From an uncultured Chroococcidiopsis sp. (GTDB taxonomy: Bacteria > Cyanobacteriota > Cyanobacteriia > Cyanobacteriales > Chroococcidiopsidaceae), in the NCBI GenBank assembly GCA_964248365.1, contig CAXTYC010000033.1, positions 22,868-59,349 on the forward strand: a stretch of 36,482 nt of DNA, read 5' to 3'. Positions 10,777 to 20,503 of this stretch are shown piece after piece. The translations under genes were made by a program, and so were the position numbers. The notes below the pieces were generated by a model, which ran no database searches, had not been told where the DNA came from, and was given only the letters and a program-made list of their open reading frames with translations. Positions within the stretch are counted from its first letter, which is position 1; every line of letters begins with the position of its first letter.

Positions 10777-10824
10777 TTTAATGATATAAATAATTAAAAA
10801 GCGAAAACTCACTATTTGTCAAGT

Positions 10825-11037
10825 ATGGGTCTGGTAAGGTTAAGAATTCAAGAGTTTGCTGATAAACAAGGCTGGACGATTAAGGAAGTTTCAGATAGAT
10901 CTGGTGTTCCCTACGGCACGGTTAAAACTTATATGCGTTTACCTGAGAGAGCAACCGTTGACCTTACTGCCCTATGTAAGTTGGCGCAAACGTTTGATGT
11001 TTTGATGGAAGACTTATTTGAGATAGTGAAAGACTAA
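10825..11037 (+). CDS. XRE/Cro-C1 helix-turn-helix transcriptional regulator
   Basis: MGLVRLRIQEFADKQGWTIKEVSDRSGVPYGTVKTY...LCKLAQTFDV; ATG at 10825 preferred to TTG 10816. Confidence 0.88.
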   Translation: MGLVRLRIQEFADKQGWTIKEVSDRSGVPYGTVKTYMRLPERATVDLTALCKLAQTFDVLMEDLFEIVKD

Positions 11038-11082
11038 ATGATATAATCCTTCAGCTGATAAGTCAACTGAAGGTCAAAAAAC

Positions 11083-11291
11083 GGATTAGTAAGGTTAAGA
11101 ATTAAAGAGCTTGCTGCTAAAAAGGGCTGGACTGAAGGAAGTTTCAGATAGCTCTGGTGTGGCATACGGCACGATCAAAACTTATGCTGTCTCTCCTGGC
11201 ATGGCAATGGCTGATATTAATGCCCTACGCGGCGTTGGCAAAAACGTTTGATGTTTTAATGGAAGACTTATTTGAGGTTGTGAAGGAATAG
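11083..11291 (+). pseudogene. Frameshifted paralogue of the XRE-HTH gene
   Basis: GLVRLRIKELAAKKGWT / KEVSDSSGVAYGTIKTYAVSPGMAMADINALR / LAKTFDVLMEDLFEVVKE* with two frame breaks; no ATG. Confidence 0.85.
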
Positions 11292-11318
11292 GCGGGAGCG
11301 CCCAAGTGAAGCGTAGTT

Positions 11319-11390
11319 ATCGCATCCCTAGTAAGAAAACGAGCGCGCTTGATGATTAGACTTTTATTGAGTGTTTGTTGTTGCTATCCT
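11319..11390 (-). pseudogene. 5' remnant of a paralogue of the 10219-10656 gene
   Basis: ATCGCATC...AAAACGAGC...GATGATT(A/G)GACTTT...GTTTGTTGTTGCTATC matches 10587-10654; start CAT changed to CCT. Confidence 0.75.
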
Positions 11391-11513
11391 AGAAAGTGCA
11401 ACCCACTATGTGGGACTAATTGTGCTAGGCGATAACCTTAAGTTTGACAGACCGGAGGCGATCGCTTTTAATCTAAAATTATTGAAGGACACAATCTAGT
11501 CCTTTGCCTGTGA

Positions 11514-11648
11514 ATGGGTTTGGTAAGGTTGCGGATTAAAGAATTTGCCGATAAAAAGGGTTGGACGCTGAAGGAAGTTGCCCAACGCTCAGGGGTTCAC
11601 TACAGTACAGTAAAAACTTATGCCCGTTTATCGGTATTGTCAAATTAA
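11514..11648 (+). pseudogene. Truncated third XRE-HTH paralogue (44 aa)
   Basis: MGLVRLRIKEFADKKGWTLKEVAQRSGVHYSTVKTYARL then unrelated sequence and stop. Confidence 0.85.
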
Positions 11649-11799
11649 ATTGTTTGAGCAATAGCCAGTCACTATTTTCCTGAAAAACGTTATTTTTGCT
11701 CTAAATAGACACACTAACCCCAGTAATCTCTTGGCTTGAGCGCATTGGTTCCACCATCACATATCTAGTCATAAAAGCAGGCAGCGCGATGTCTGTAAG

Positions 11800-12122
11800 G
11801 AAGGCTTGAAGTTTGCCAATTCAAGTTGCTCAAAAAAGGCAAGCACTTCGCCCCTCACCACGCTTTGCACCAGATAATGGATGATGACCAGGTATTCGCC
11901 AAACAATATCAGGTGCGAAGATTTCCCGTACAGTAGCCACATCACCTTTACCGTATGCTTCGTAGTAGCGCTTGATAATTGTTACATTCGGATGTATTGG
12001 GTTGTATTGGTAGTTGCGGCTGAGGCTTTCTGTTCAAATAGGTTCTGACTAACTAAGAGAAAAGAAAAACCTGCAACAGCGCCTAAATTTAAAAAATCCT
12101 TGCGAGTCTGGTGGTTATGCAT
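11800..12122 (-). pseudogene. Disrupted NTF2/SnoaL-like protein with Tat-like leader
   Basis: MHNHQTRKDFLNLGAVAGFSFLL...KASA, frameshift, HPNVTIIKRYYEAYGKGDVATVREIFAPDIVWRIPGHHPLSGAKRG, frameshift, EVLAFFEQL; 3' end not resolvable. Confidence 0.7.
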
Positions 12123-12197
12123 TGTTTTATACTTAAGCTAATCATCAAACAGGTGTTGCAGATGAGTAAGTCTTTGCAACATCAGTGCTTACCCACC

Positions 12198-13098
12198 CTA
12201 CTTAGTGAGATAACCACCTGTTGCATCTACGTCCATACCAACGATGCAGCTAGCATCATCTGAACTTAGCCACATCACAGTTCTGGCGATTTCTTCTGGT
12301 TTAACTATTCTTTTGAGCGGGTAATCTTGAGAGACAGTCTCAAAATTGGTCTTCCAAGCAGCTAAAACTCTCCTCAGCATCGGTGTATCAACTGCGCCAG
12401 GAGAAACAGAATTGACGCGAATATTTTTGTCTGTATATTCCAATGCTGCAACTTTTGTCAAAGACAAGATTGCGTGTTTGCTGGCGCTGTATGGGCTAAT
12501 TGTTGCAAAACCTACGTGACCAGAAACGTCGCATTATTCACAATAATTCCGCCCTTTTGCCTTAGCATAACAGGAAGCTCGTACTTCATGAATAAAAAGA
12601 CACCCGTCGCGTTAGTATTCATCACGTTCATCCAATCTTCCAAACAGGTGTCAGCAATGGTATTTGGAGAACTTTCAATTCCGGCATTATTAAACGCAAT
12701 GTCAATTGCCCGTATTTTTTTACACAACCGTCAATAAATGCTATAATATCTTACTCGCGTCTAACATCAGCTTGCATATAAGTGGCTTCACCGCCAAAGG
12801 CAAGAATTTCCCGCGCATTCGCTTCACCTAGATTCGTGCGGCGACCACAAAAGAATACTTTGGCTCCTTCTTTGGCAAAAGCATATGCAGTAGCCTTACC
12901 GATACCTGATGTAGCTCCGGTAATTAGTACAACTTTGTCTTTGAATTTACCGTCAGCATTTGCCTTACCGCTTTGTGGTTGTACTGGTTTTTGAGTGTTG
13001 GCTTGGGCTTTAGTGGCAGCGATCGCACTCCCTACCCCTGCCAATCCGATACCGCCTTGAAGTATAATTCGACGACGGCTAAATCCTTGCTTTGACAT
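12198..13098 (-). pseudogene. Short-chain dehydrogenase/reductase pseudogene with Tat-like leader
   Basis: SRRRII leader; TGATSGIG, NNAG, YSASK motifs split by TAA at 12751-12753 and frameshifts near 12708 and 12528. Confidence 0.9.
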
Positions 13099-13132
13099 AT
13101 CTCCAATCCAAAATCGAAAATCTAAAATTGTT

Positions 13133-14068
13133 TTAATCGAGCATTCCACTCGTCACGTCAACGAGCGAACCGTGAAACGCCGTCGCTTCATCACCTGCTA
13201 AAAACATCACAGCGCGAGCCATTTCTTCAACCGTGTTTGTGCGCCCAATCGGAATCGCCTTTGAGCCTTCCTCGAAGGACATACCGCGTTTTTCTCGCAC
13301 AGCGCGGAGCATCGGCGTATCAACGCCACCTGGCGAAATCGAAGTTATCCGAATGTTATCTTTGGCGTATTCCATCGCTGCTACTTTGGTTAAACCCATT
13401 ACCGCGTGTTTGCTCACGCTGTATGGTCTGATTTCGGAAAAACCTTTGTGACCGGAAACGCTTGCCATATTGACGATACATCCGCCGCCTTGTTTGAGCA
13501 TTTGCGGAATTTCGTATTTGAGTCAGAGAAATTCACCAAGCGCGTTGGTGTGCAAAACATCAAGAAAATCAGTTGTCGGTTGTTCGTGCAATTTCACCAT
13601 TTTTGGATTAACAATTCCCGCGTTGTTGAAGGCGATATCAACACGCCCGTACTTCTTCACGCAAGCGTCAACAAAGGCTTTGACATCCTCTTCACGTCTG
13701 ACATCGGCTCGCATATAAGTTGCTTCGCCACCAAAGCCTTTAATTCTAGCTTCAACTTGTCTACCTAAGTTCTCACGACGACCGCAGAAGAAGACTTTTG
13801 CACCTTCTTTGGCAAAGGCATAAGCCGTTCCTTCCCCAATGCCAGAAGTTGCCCCAGTAATCAATACGACTTTATTGGTAAACTTGCCCTTGGAATCGGC
13901 TTTGCCTGTTTCTGGAGCAATTGGTTTTTGGGTTTGAGCGATCGCACTTTTAGCAGTTACTGCTGCTATTCCCACTACTCCTACACCAATAATCCCCCGC
14001 CTGGTAATTGGGATTTTTCTTTTGCTATTGTCTGCTGATTGTTGATTCTTATCTTTCGTGTTGCTCAT
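13133..14068 (-). pseudogene. Short-chain dehydrogenase/reductase with Tat-like leader, interrupted by one in-frame TGA
   Basis: TRRGII leader; TGATSGIG, NNAG, YSVSK; ORFs 13523-14068 and 13133-13501 are in the same frame, joined by TGA-LKYEIPQ. Confidence 0.88.
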
Positions 14069-14180
14069 GGCTGGTTGTTTTCAGGTAAAATTTGGTATGT
14101 CAAGGTAGTAAGGTGCGATCGCTTACTGATGCAGTGCGTTAGCGCAGCGTAAGCGTAGTTATCGCTTACCATCATCCCTA

Positions 14181-15236
14181 CTACCCCACCTGAGAGAAGC
14201 GGTGATTATCTATCGAGTCAAACATCCCACCATAAACAAGTTGTCTCGGTGTATCCTGGTTAAAGAAGTCGTGGGGGAATCCTAGCTCTATCGAGCTAAC
14301 TGAATTCAACTTTTCTATCTGTTCGGGTGGTAAATTGAAGTTGATACAGTCTAAGTTGTCTTTGATTTGGGAGAGTTTACGCCCACCGATAATTGGAATC
14401 ACTTCTTGCTGTCTGAGCCAGTTGAGTGCTACTTGGGCTGAACTACATCCAATTTCCCGTCCTACCGAGTCAACTGTTTTAGCAATTTGCAGATTGCGCT
14501 CATTTTGTTGCACAAAGCCAGACATACTTTCGTTATCTAAGCGTCTAGCCTCTCCTTCCTTGCCATTACCATTACTGTATTTACCTGTCAGCCATCCACT
14601 TGCTAAAGGCGACCAAGCTGTGATACCAATGTCTAGAGTACGTGCCATTGGCAACAATTCGCGCTCAGGAGTTCTTTGAATTAAACTGTATTCAATTTGC
14701 AAACCGATAAAAGGTGTCCAGCCGCGTAACTCCGCCAGCATATTGCACTGAGAGACAATCCAAGCTGGAGCATCAGAAATGCCAATGTACAAAACTTTAC
14801 CAGCACGTACCAAATCGTCAAAGGCGCGCATGACTTCCTCTACTGGAGTCATAAAGTCCCAAGTATGCAACCACAGCAAGTCAATGTAATCAGTCTTCAA
14901 CCGCTTTAGGCTGCCTTCCACTGACTGCACCATATTTTTGCGCTGATTGCCAGCACCGTTGGGATTATTATTAGCTGCACCATTTGTATACTTGGTTGCT
15001 AGTACGACACGCTCTCGATCTGAGGCGATGAATTCTCCCAGATATTTTTCACTCGTGCCGTTAGTATAAACGTTAGCCGTGTCGATAAAGTTACCACCTG
15101 CCTCCATAAAGGCATCATAAATCTTGCGGCTCTCTTCCTGGGATGAACCCCAGCCCCAATCTTCACCAAAAGTCATTGTTCCCAAGCACAGTTGGGAAAC
15201 TCGCAATCCACTTTTGCCTAATAGTTTGTAGCGCAT
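14181..15236 (-). CDS. Aldo/keto reductase
   Basis: MRYKLLGKSGLRVSQLCLGTMTFG, FIDTANVY, LATK, DYIDLLWLH, WSPLASG; start at ATG 15236. Confidence 0.95.
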   Translation of the reverse strand: MRYKLLGKSGLRVSQLCLGTMTFGEDWGWGSSQEESRKIYDAFMEAGGNFIDTANVYTNGTSEKYLGEFIASDRERVVLATKYTNGAANNNPNGAGNQRKNMVQSVEGSLKRLKTDYIDLLWLHTWDFMTPVEEVMRAFDDLVRAGKVLYIGISDAPAWIVSQCNMLAELRGWTPFIGLQIEYSLIQRTPERELLPMARTLDIGITAWSPLASGWLTGKYSNGNGKEGEARRLDNESMSGFVQQNERNLQIAKTVDSVGREIGCSSAQVALNWLRQQEVIPIIGGRKLSQIKDNLDCINFNLPPEQIEKLNSVSSIELGFPHDFFNQDTPRQLVYGGMFDSIDNHRFSQVG

Positions 15237-15461
15237 AGTTAATTGTTCTCCTGAGCAGTTGCGACAATTAAAATTTAGTTTGCCTGTTTGAGTAGAACTT
15301 AACAACCGAAGATCGGGAAGTTAACAACCGAACTTAAGTTTCTTTCTAGCAAGGGAAACTCAAACTCTAGGCTGATGCCGATTTACTTAAAATCGGTAAA
15401 AAATATCATATTGTTGCAACGATCGCCCAAAATCGGTTACTTGTCGTTTTATGTCACACTG

Positions 15462-18400
15462 ATGAATTCAGCCAAGCCAAGACGCAAACGAGGTGTTATC
15501 CTCACATCAATAGGATGGGAAAAACTACAGCGTTCGATACGAGAGTCAGAGATTAGGGATAATTTCGGCTTTCGCTACACATGGGAAGAATTAAGCGATC
15601 GCACTCGTTTAGATCCTGATACCATCGCTAAGGTAACTAATCGTAAAGCAAAAGTTGATAAACCTACACTTGAGCTATTTTTCCAAGCTTTTAACCTAGA
15701 ACTAACAGCAAGTGACTATTTCAAGCCTTCTAATTCCCAACCTTCACACCAGTCAAGTCACACCCGTGAAGATTTAAGCCAAGCAGTTGATGTTTCTTTC
15801 TTCTTGGGGCGCACAACAGAACTAACTCAACTACAACAGTGGATTCTTGGGGAATGCCGATTAGTGGCAATATTGGGTATGGGGGGAATTGGTAAAACTG
15901 CCCTATCGGTAAAACTTGCCCACCAGATCAAACATAAGTTTGAGTATATCGTCTGGCGATCGCTACGAACGGCTCCACCCATCAAAGATCTGCTAGCTGG
16001 GCTAATTCTATTCCTCTCCAACGAACAACTAACTGAAACTGATTTACCTGAAACTGTAGATGACAGAATATCACTACTAATTAGGTATTTACAAAATCAT
16101 CATTGTCTACTGATACTAGATAATTTAGAAGCTATTCTACAAAGTGGTGAACACAGCGGATACTATCGCCAAGGATATGAAGAATATGGCGAATTAATCA
16201 AACGTATAGGAGAAATTCACCATCAAAGTTGTGTAGTAATAACTAGTCGAGAAAAACCCGAAGAATTAGCACTGTTAGAAGGAGAAACCTTATCTGTTCG
16301 CTTATTACAATTAACTGGTTTACAGCAGCTAGAAGGATGCTCGATATTAAAAGCAAAAGGTGTATTTGGCACAGAAGCCGAACTTAATAGAATAATTGAT
16401 TACTATAGAGGCAACCCCTTAGCCTTAAAAATAATTGCCACATCAATCAAAGAATTATTTGCCGGCGATATTTTTGAATTTTTCATTGAAGGTAAAACTG
16501 TATTTAAAGGAATTCGTCAACTTTTAGAGCAGCAATTTAATCGTTTATCAGATATAGAAAAGCAAATTTTATACTGGTTAGCAATCAATCAAGAACCAAC
16601 TTCAATAGCACAATTGCAAGATGATTTTGTTCCATCAGTAGCAAGACAAAGCTTACTGGAAGCTCTAGAATCCTTGAGCAGACGATGTCTAATTGAGCAA
16701 AGTAAAGACGAGAATCGCGCTTCTAAGTTCACCCTTCAGCCAGTAGTAATGGAATATGTCACCGATTCTCTAGTTCAACAAGTATGTGCAGAAATTACTG
16801 GCAAACTTGAGAAAAATAAAAATAATTCCGAATTCCGAATTCCCAATTCCGAACTCTTAAACACCCATGCCCTACTTAAAGCACAAGCAAAAGAATACGT
16901 AAGAGATGCACAATCTCGCCTTGTTCTTAAAGCTGTTATTGATAAATTATATACTGTTTATTACCACAAAAATAATATTGAACAGCAGTTAATTAAACTT
17001 TTATTTATAATTAGAGAGCGAGCGCCACGTCAACCAGGATATGCAGCTGGGAATATTTTAAATCTGCCTTGTCAGATGGAAACTAACCTCAGTGGCTATG
17101 ATTTTTCTTACCTGAATGTTTGGCAAGCCCATCTTGCGAAAGTGAATTTACATAATGTGAATTTCCAAAATGCAGATTTAGCTAAATCTGTTTTTGCTGA
17201 AACTCTTGGGGGTGTTTTATCAGTTGCACTCAGTCAAGATGGCAAGCTTTTGGCTACTGGTGATTCAAATGGCGAGATTCATATATGGCAAGTTGAAGAT
17301 GGTAAACAACTTGTTACTTGTAAAGGGCATACTGGTTGGATTCGCTCAGTTGCATTCAGTCCCGATAGTAGTATGATTGCCAGCGGTTGTAGCGATCATG
17401 CTGTTAGATTATGGGATGTTCGTGATGGTAAATGCCTACGAATCTTGCAGGAACACATAAATCGAGTCAGATGTGTTGTCTTTAGTCCTGGGGGTAATAC
17501 CTTAGCCAGTGGTAGTGATGACTGTAGTGTCAAATTGTGGGATGTTAAAACAGGGCAATGCTTGATAACTTTGCAACAACATACAAATCGTGTTAGATGT
17601 GTTGCTTTTAATCCTGAAGGAACAATTTTAGCAAGTGCCAGTGACGACCATACTGTTATTTTATGGGATGTCAGAACTAGAAAAGTCTTAAGAACCTTAC
17701 AAGCACATAAAGATGGAGTAAGGTCAGTTACTTTTAGTCCTGGGGGTAAGATTCTTGCTAGTGGTGGAGAAGACAAAGTAGTTAGGTTGTGGGATGTTAG
17801 TACTGGACAATGCCTAAGTACTTTGCAAGGACATAGAGATGGGGTATGGTCACTAACTTTCAATCCGATCCCCCCTAGCCCTCCTTACCAAGGGGATGGG
17901 GGGATCTTAGCTAGTGGTAGCCATGACCAAACAATCAGACTATGGGATATCAACACTGGTCAAACCTTGAGAACTTTACAGGGACATACAAGCTGGGTTT
18001 GGTCAGTTGTCTTTGCAGATGTTGGGCAAACCCTGATTAGCGGCGGTGCAGATCAAACAGCAAAGCTATGGGATGTTGGTAGTGGTCAGTGTATCAGAAC
18101 CTGGCAGGGGCGAAGTAATGGAGTTTGGGCAGTTGCTTTCTGTCCGATACCAGTAAGCCCTACGGACACTTTGCTTAACGGGGGAAACTCCCGCACCTGG
18201 GTGTCCTCCTCGAACCTTGGGGGGTTTGGGGGGATCATTGCCAGTGTTAGCGATGACAAAACAGTGCGGCTGTGGGATGTTAGCAGTGGTCAAACCTTGC
18301 GAACTTTTAGCGGTCATAGTAGTGGAGTTTGGTCAATTGCTATTAGTCCAGATGGTCAAATTTTGGCAAGTGGTAGTGATGACCAAACAGTAAGATTATG

Positions 18401-19262
18401 GGACATCAGTAGCGGGAAGGCTTTACGAACTTTGCAAGGGCATACAGGTTGGGTTTGGTGTGTTGCCTTTAGTCCGAAAGGTAAAATCCTTGCAAGTAGT
18501 GGTGCAGATCAAACGATCAGGTTATGGGATGTCAAAGCAGGTCAAGCTATTAGAATTTTACAAGGACATACAAGTATAGTCCGGTCAGTCGCCTTCAGCT
18601 CAGATGGTCAATTTTTAGTTAGTGGCAGTGTAGACAAAACAGTGAGACTATGGAATGTCGATACTGGTAATGTTTTGGCAGTTTTGCAGGGACACAATCG
18701 ACCAGTAAGTTCAGTTAGCTTTAGTCCCATCCCCCCAAACCCCCCTTATCAAGAGGGGCTAGGCGGAATCGTAGCTAGTGGTAGTGATGACGGCACAGTG
18801 AAACTTTGGGATATCAGGACTGGTAAATGCATTCAAATACAAGCACATACTGACTGGATACAGTCTGTTGCTTTCAGTCCAGATGGTAACATCCTAGCTA
18901 GTGGTAGTCACGATCGCACAATTAAACTATGGGATGTCAACACTGGACAACTCTTACGAACTTTACAAGGACATACTGGCTGGATATGGTCAGTTGCTTT
19001 CAGTCCAGAGGGTGAAACCATAGCTAGTAGTAGTCAGGATGGCACGATTAAAGTTTGGGATGTTTTAACCAGTGAGTGCTTAAAAACTCTCAGAAGTGCA
19101 AGACCTTATGAGGGTATGAATATTACTGATACTACTAGTTTAAGTGTAGCGACTATTGCTACTTTGAAAGCTCTAGGAGCAGTAGAGTTTGACAGTGCAG
19201 TAGATAACAAAATTATCCACCTTAGCCAAAAACCAGGTAGAAAAGGTCGTAGTGCTGGATAA
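15462..19262 (+). CDS. STAND NTPase: N-terminal HTH-like domain, NB-ARC, pentapeptide segment, WD40 repeats
   Basis: RRKRGVIL...TWEELSDRTRLD N-terminus; FLGRTTEL, GMGGIGKT Walker A, LLILDNLE Walker B, ITSRE, GNPLAL; about 14-15 GH...WD repeats; start at ATG 15462. Confidence 0.93.
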   Translation: MNSAKPRRKRGVILTSIGWEKLQRSIRESEIRDNFGFRYTWEELSDRTRLDPDTIAKVTNRKAKVDKPTLELFFQAFNLELTASDYFKPSNSQPSHQSSHTREDLSQAVDVSFFLGRTTELTQLQQWILGECRLVAILGMGGIGKTALSVKLAHQIKHKFEYIVWRSLRTAPPIKDLLAGLILFLSNEQLTETDLPETVDDRISLLIRYLQNHHCLLILDNLEAILQSGEHSGYYRQGYEEYGELIKRIGEIHHQSCVVITSREKPEELALLEGETLSVRLLQLTGLQQLEGCSILKAKGVFGTEAELNRIIDYYRGNPLALKIIATSIKELFAGDIFEFFIEGKTVFKGIRQLLEQQFNRLSDIEKQILYWLAINQEPTSIAQLQDDFVPSVARQSLLEALESLSRRCLIEQSKDENRASKFTLQPVVMEYVTDSLVQQVCAEITGKLEKNKNNSEFRIPNSELLNTHALLKAQAKEYVRDAQSRLVLKAVIDKLYTVYYHKNNIEQQLIKLLFIIRERAPRQPGYAAGNILNLPCQMETNLSGYDFSYLNVWQAHLAKVNLHNVNFQNADLAKSVFAETLGGVLSVALSQDGKLLATGDSNGEIHIWQVEDGKQLVTCKGHTGWIRSVAFSPDSSMIASGCSDHAVRLWDVRDGKCLRILQEHINRVRCVVFSPGGNTLASGSDDCSVKLWDVKTGQCLITLQQHTNRVRCVAFNPEGTILASASDDHTVILWDVRTRKVLRTLQAHKDGVRSVTFSPGGKILASGGEDKVVRLWDVSTGQCLSTLQGHRDGVWSLTFNPIPPSPPYQGDGGILASGSHDQTIRLWDINTGQTLRTLQGHTSWVWSVVFADVGQTLISGGADQTAKLWDVGSGQCIRTWQGRSNGVWAVAFCPIPVSPTDTLLNGGNSRTWVSSSNLGGFGGIIASVSDDKTVRLWDVSSGQTLRTFSGHSSGVWSIAISPDGQILASGSDDQTVRLWDISSGKALRTLQGHTGWVWCVAFSPKGKILASSGADQTIRLWDVKAGQAIRILQGHTSIVRSVAFSSDGQFLVSGSVDKTVRLWNVDTGNVLAVLQGHNRPVSSVSFSPIPPNPPYQEGLGGIVASGSDDGTVKLWDIRTGKCIQIQAHTDWIQSVAFSPDGNILASGSHDRTIKLWDVNTGQLLRTLQGHTGWIWSVAFSPEGETIASSSQDGTIKVWDVLTSECLKTLRSARPYEGMNITDTTSLSVATIATLKALGAVEFDSAVDNKIIHLSQKPGRKGRSAG

Positions 19263-19332
19263 AGGGTAATAGGTAATGGGTAATGGGTAAATAAAGAAAG
19301 GAAAAGGGACTTTTGAACTTAACCTACCTTTC

Positions 19333-19378
19333 ACCAACTACCAACTACCAACTACCAACTACCAACTACCAACTACCA
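19333..19378. repeat. STRR heptamer tract (ACCAACT)x6
   Basis: Read directly; one of many intergenic heptamer tracts in the window. Confidence 0.95.
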
Positions 19379-19404
19379 TCTATACATTTGTAACAGTATT
19401 AAAA

Positions 19405-20451
19405 CTAAATAGTATGAGTTTCGCAGAAGGTTTGGAGTAGCTGGATGCAGTTAGCGATCGCCCCCAGATGTGCAATTTCATACCCGTGTGTATTTTGTGT
19501 TGGAAACGCCAAACACGCAGCACGGGCAACATGACCAAATTTCATCGCAATTGATGCATCACTGCCAAACCCGCTCAAAGTAGCTAATTGTACAGGCAGA
19601 TCTAATTTTTCTGCTACTTGTCGCAGTTGCCCATTGAGTCCTTCATCATATATCCCATAACCATCCTGGGACAAGATTACTGGTGCTACTCCCGACTCAA
19701 TTGGATATTCTGGCGATAAAGGGCAAATCTCCAAAGCGATCATTGCATCTAGACGTTGCTGCTGGCTAAAATAAAGCGCTCCAATTGCTCCCACTTCTTC
19801 TTTAGCAGAAGCAACCAGGTAAACATCAACCGCTGGCTGTTTCAAACTTTCAGCCAAAGCTAGCAAAATAGCTACACTCGCTTTATTATCCAAAGTGTAA
19901 CTAGCAATATGATCCTTTAATCGCACTGGACGCTTGCGATGCTTCCCTATCACCATGCGAGTTCCAGGGCGAATACCTGCTGTTGCTAATTCTTCATCTG
20001 TGCATTTAGTCTCAATCCAAGCATCTTCCCACCTGACGGGTGTATCTTCCTGTTGCACCTTTTGAGGTGATTCATGGGAAACATGACGGGAACCAAAGCT
20101 GAGAATACCGCTAATAGTTGCGTTGTCTCCCAACAAATCTACCACTCCCTCGCCATAAACCCAAGGAAAAGATCCGCCGAGTTTCCTAACTTCTACTCGC
20201 CCATCATCCCCCAGGCTCTTGACAATTGCGCCAATTTCATCTTTATGGGCGGTGATAGCGATTCCATTACCAGGATCACGACCTGGAATTTTAGCAATGA
20301 TATTATCAGCACGATCTTGCCAAACTTCTACCCCCCCAGCAGCAAATCGGCTTAGCAATAGTTGGTTAATTTCGTCTTCCGCACCGCTAGGAGAATGATG
20401 CAGTACTAACTCTTCAATCGTATGGAATAGGCGATCGCTATCTAATGACAC
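19405..20451 (-). CDS. M42 family metallopeptidase
   Basis: SPSGAE, AHKDEIG, LDNKAS, KEEVG, GSDA and HGYE metal-binding motifs. Confidence 0.9.
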   Translation of the reverse strand: MSLDSDRLFHTIEELVLHHSPSGAEDEINQLLLSRFAAGGVEVWQDRADNIIAKIPGRDPGNGIAITAHKDEIGAIVKSLGDDGRVEVRKLGGSFPWVYGEGVVDLLGDNATISGILSFGSRHVSHESPQKVQQEDTPVRWEDAWIETKCTDEELATAGIRPGTRMVIGKHRKRPVRLKDHIASYTLDNKASVAILLALAESLKQPAVDVYLVASAKEEVGAIGALYFSQQQRLDAMIALEICPLSPEYPIESGVAPVILSQDGYGIYDEGLNGQLRQVAEKLDLPVQLATLSGFGSDASIAMKFGHVARAACLAFPTQNTHGYEIAHLGAIANCIQLLQTFCETHTI

Positions 20452-20503
20452 AGCAATAAACTCACTTTTGCTACGATCAAAAGTTTAACAATTTCGGATA
20501 TCT

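Noticed and set aside
13523..13525. In-frame TGA in the SDR as selenocysteine or programmed readthrough
   Set aside because: The position is not catalytic, no clear SECIS-like hairpin follows, and neighbouring genes are also disrupted; a nonsense mutation or sequencing error is simpler
17396..17863. 155-aa antisense ORF with periodic sequence
   Set aside because: Shadow of the WD40 repeats on the opposite strand
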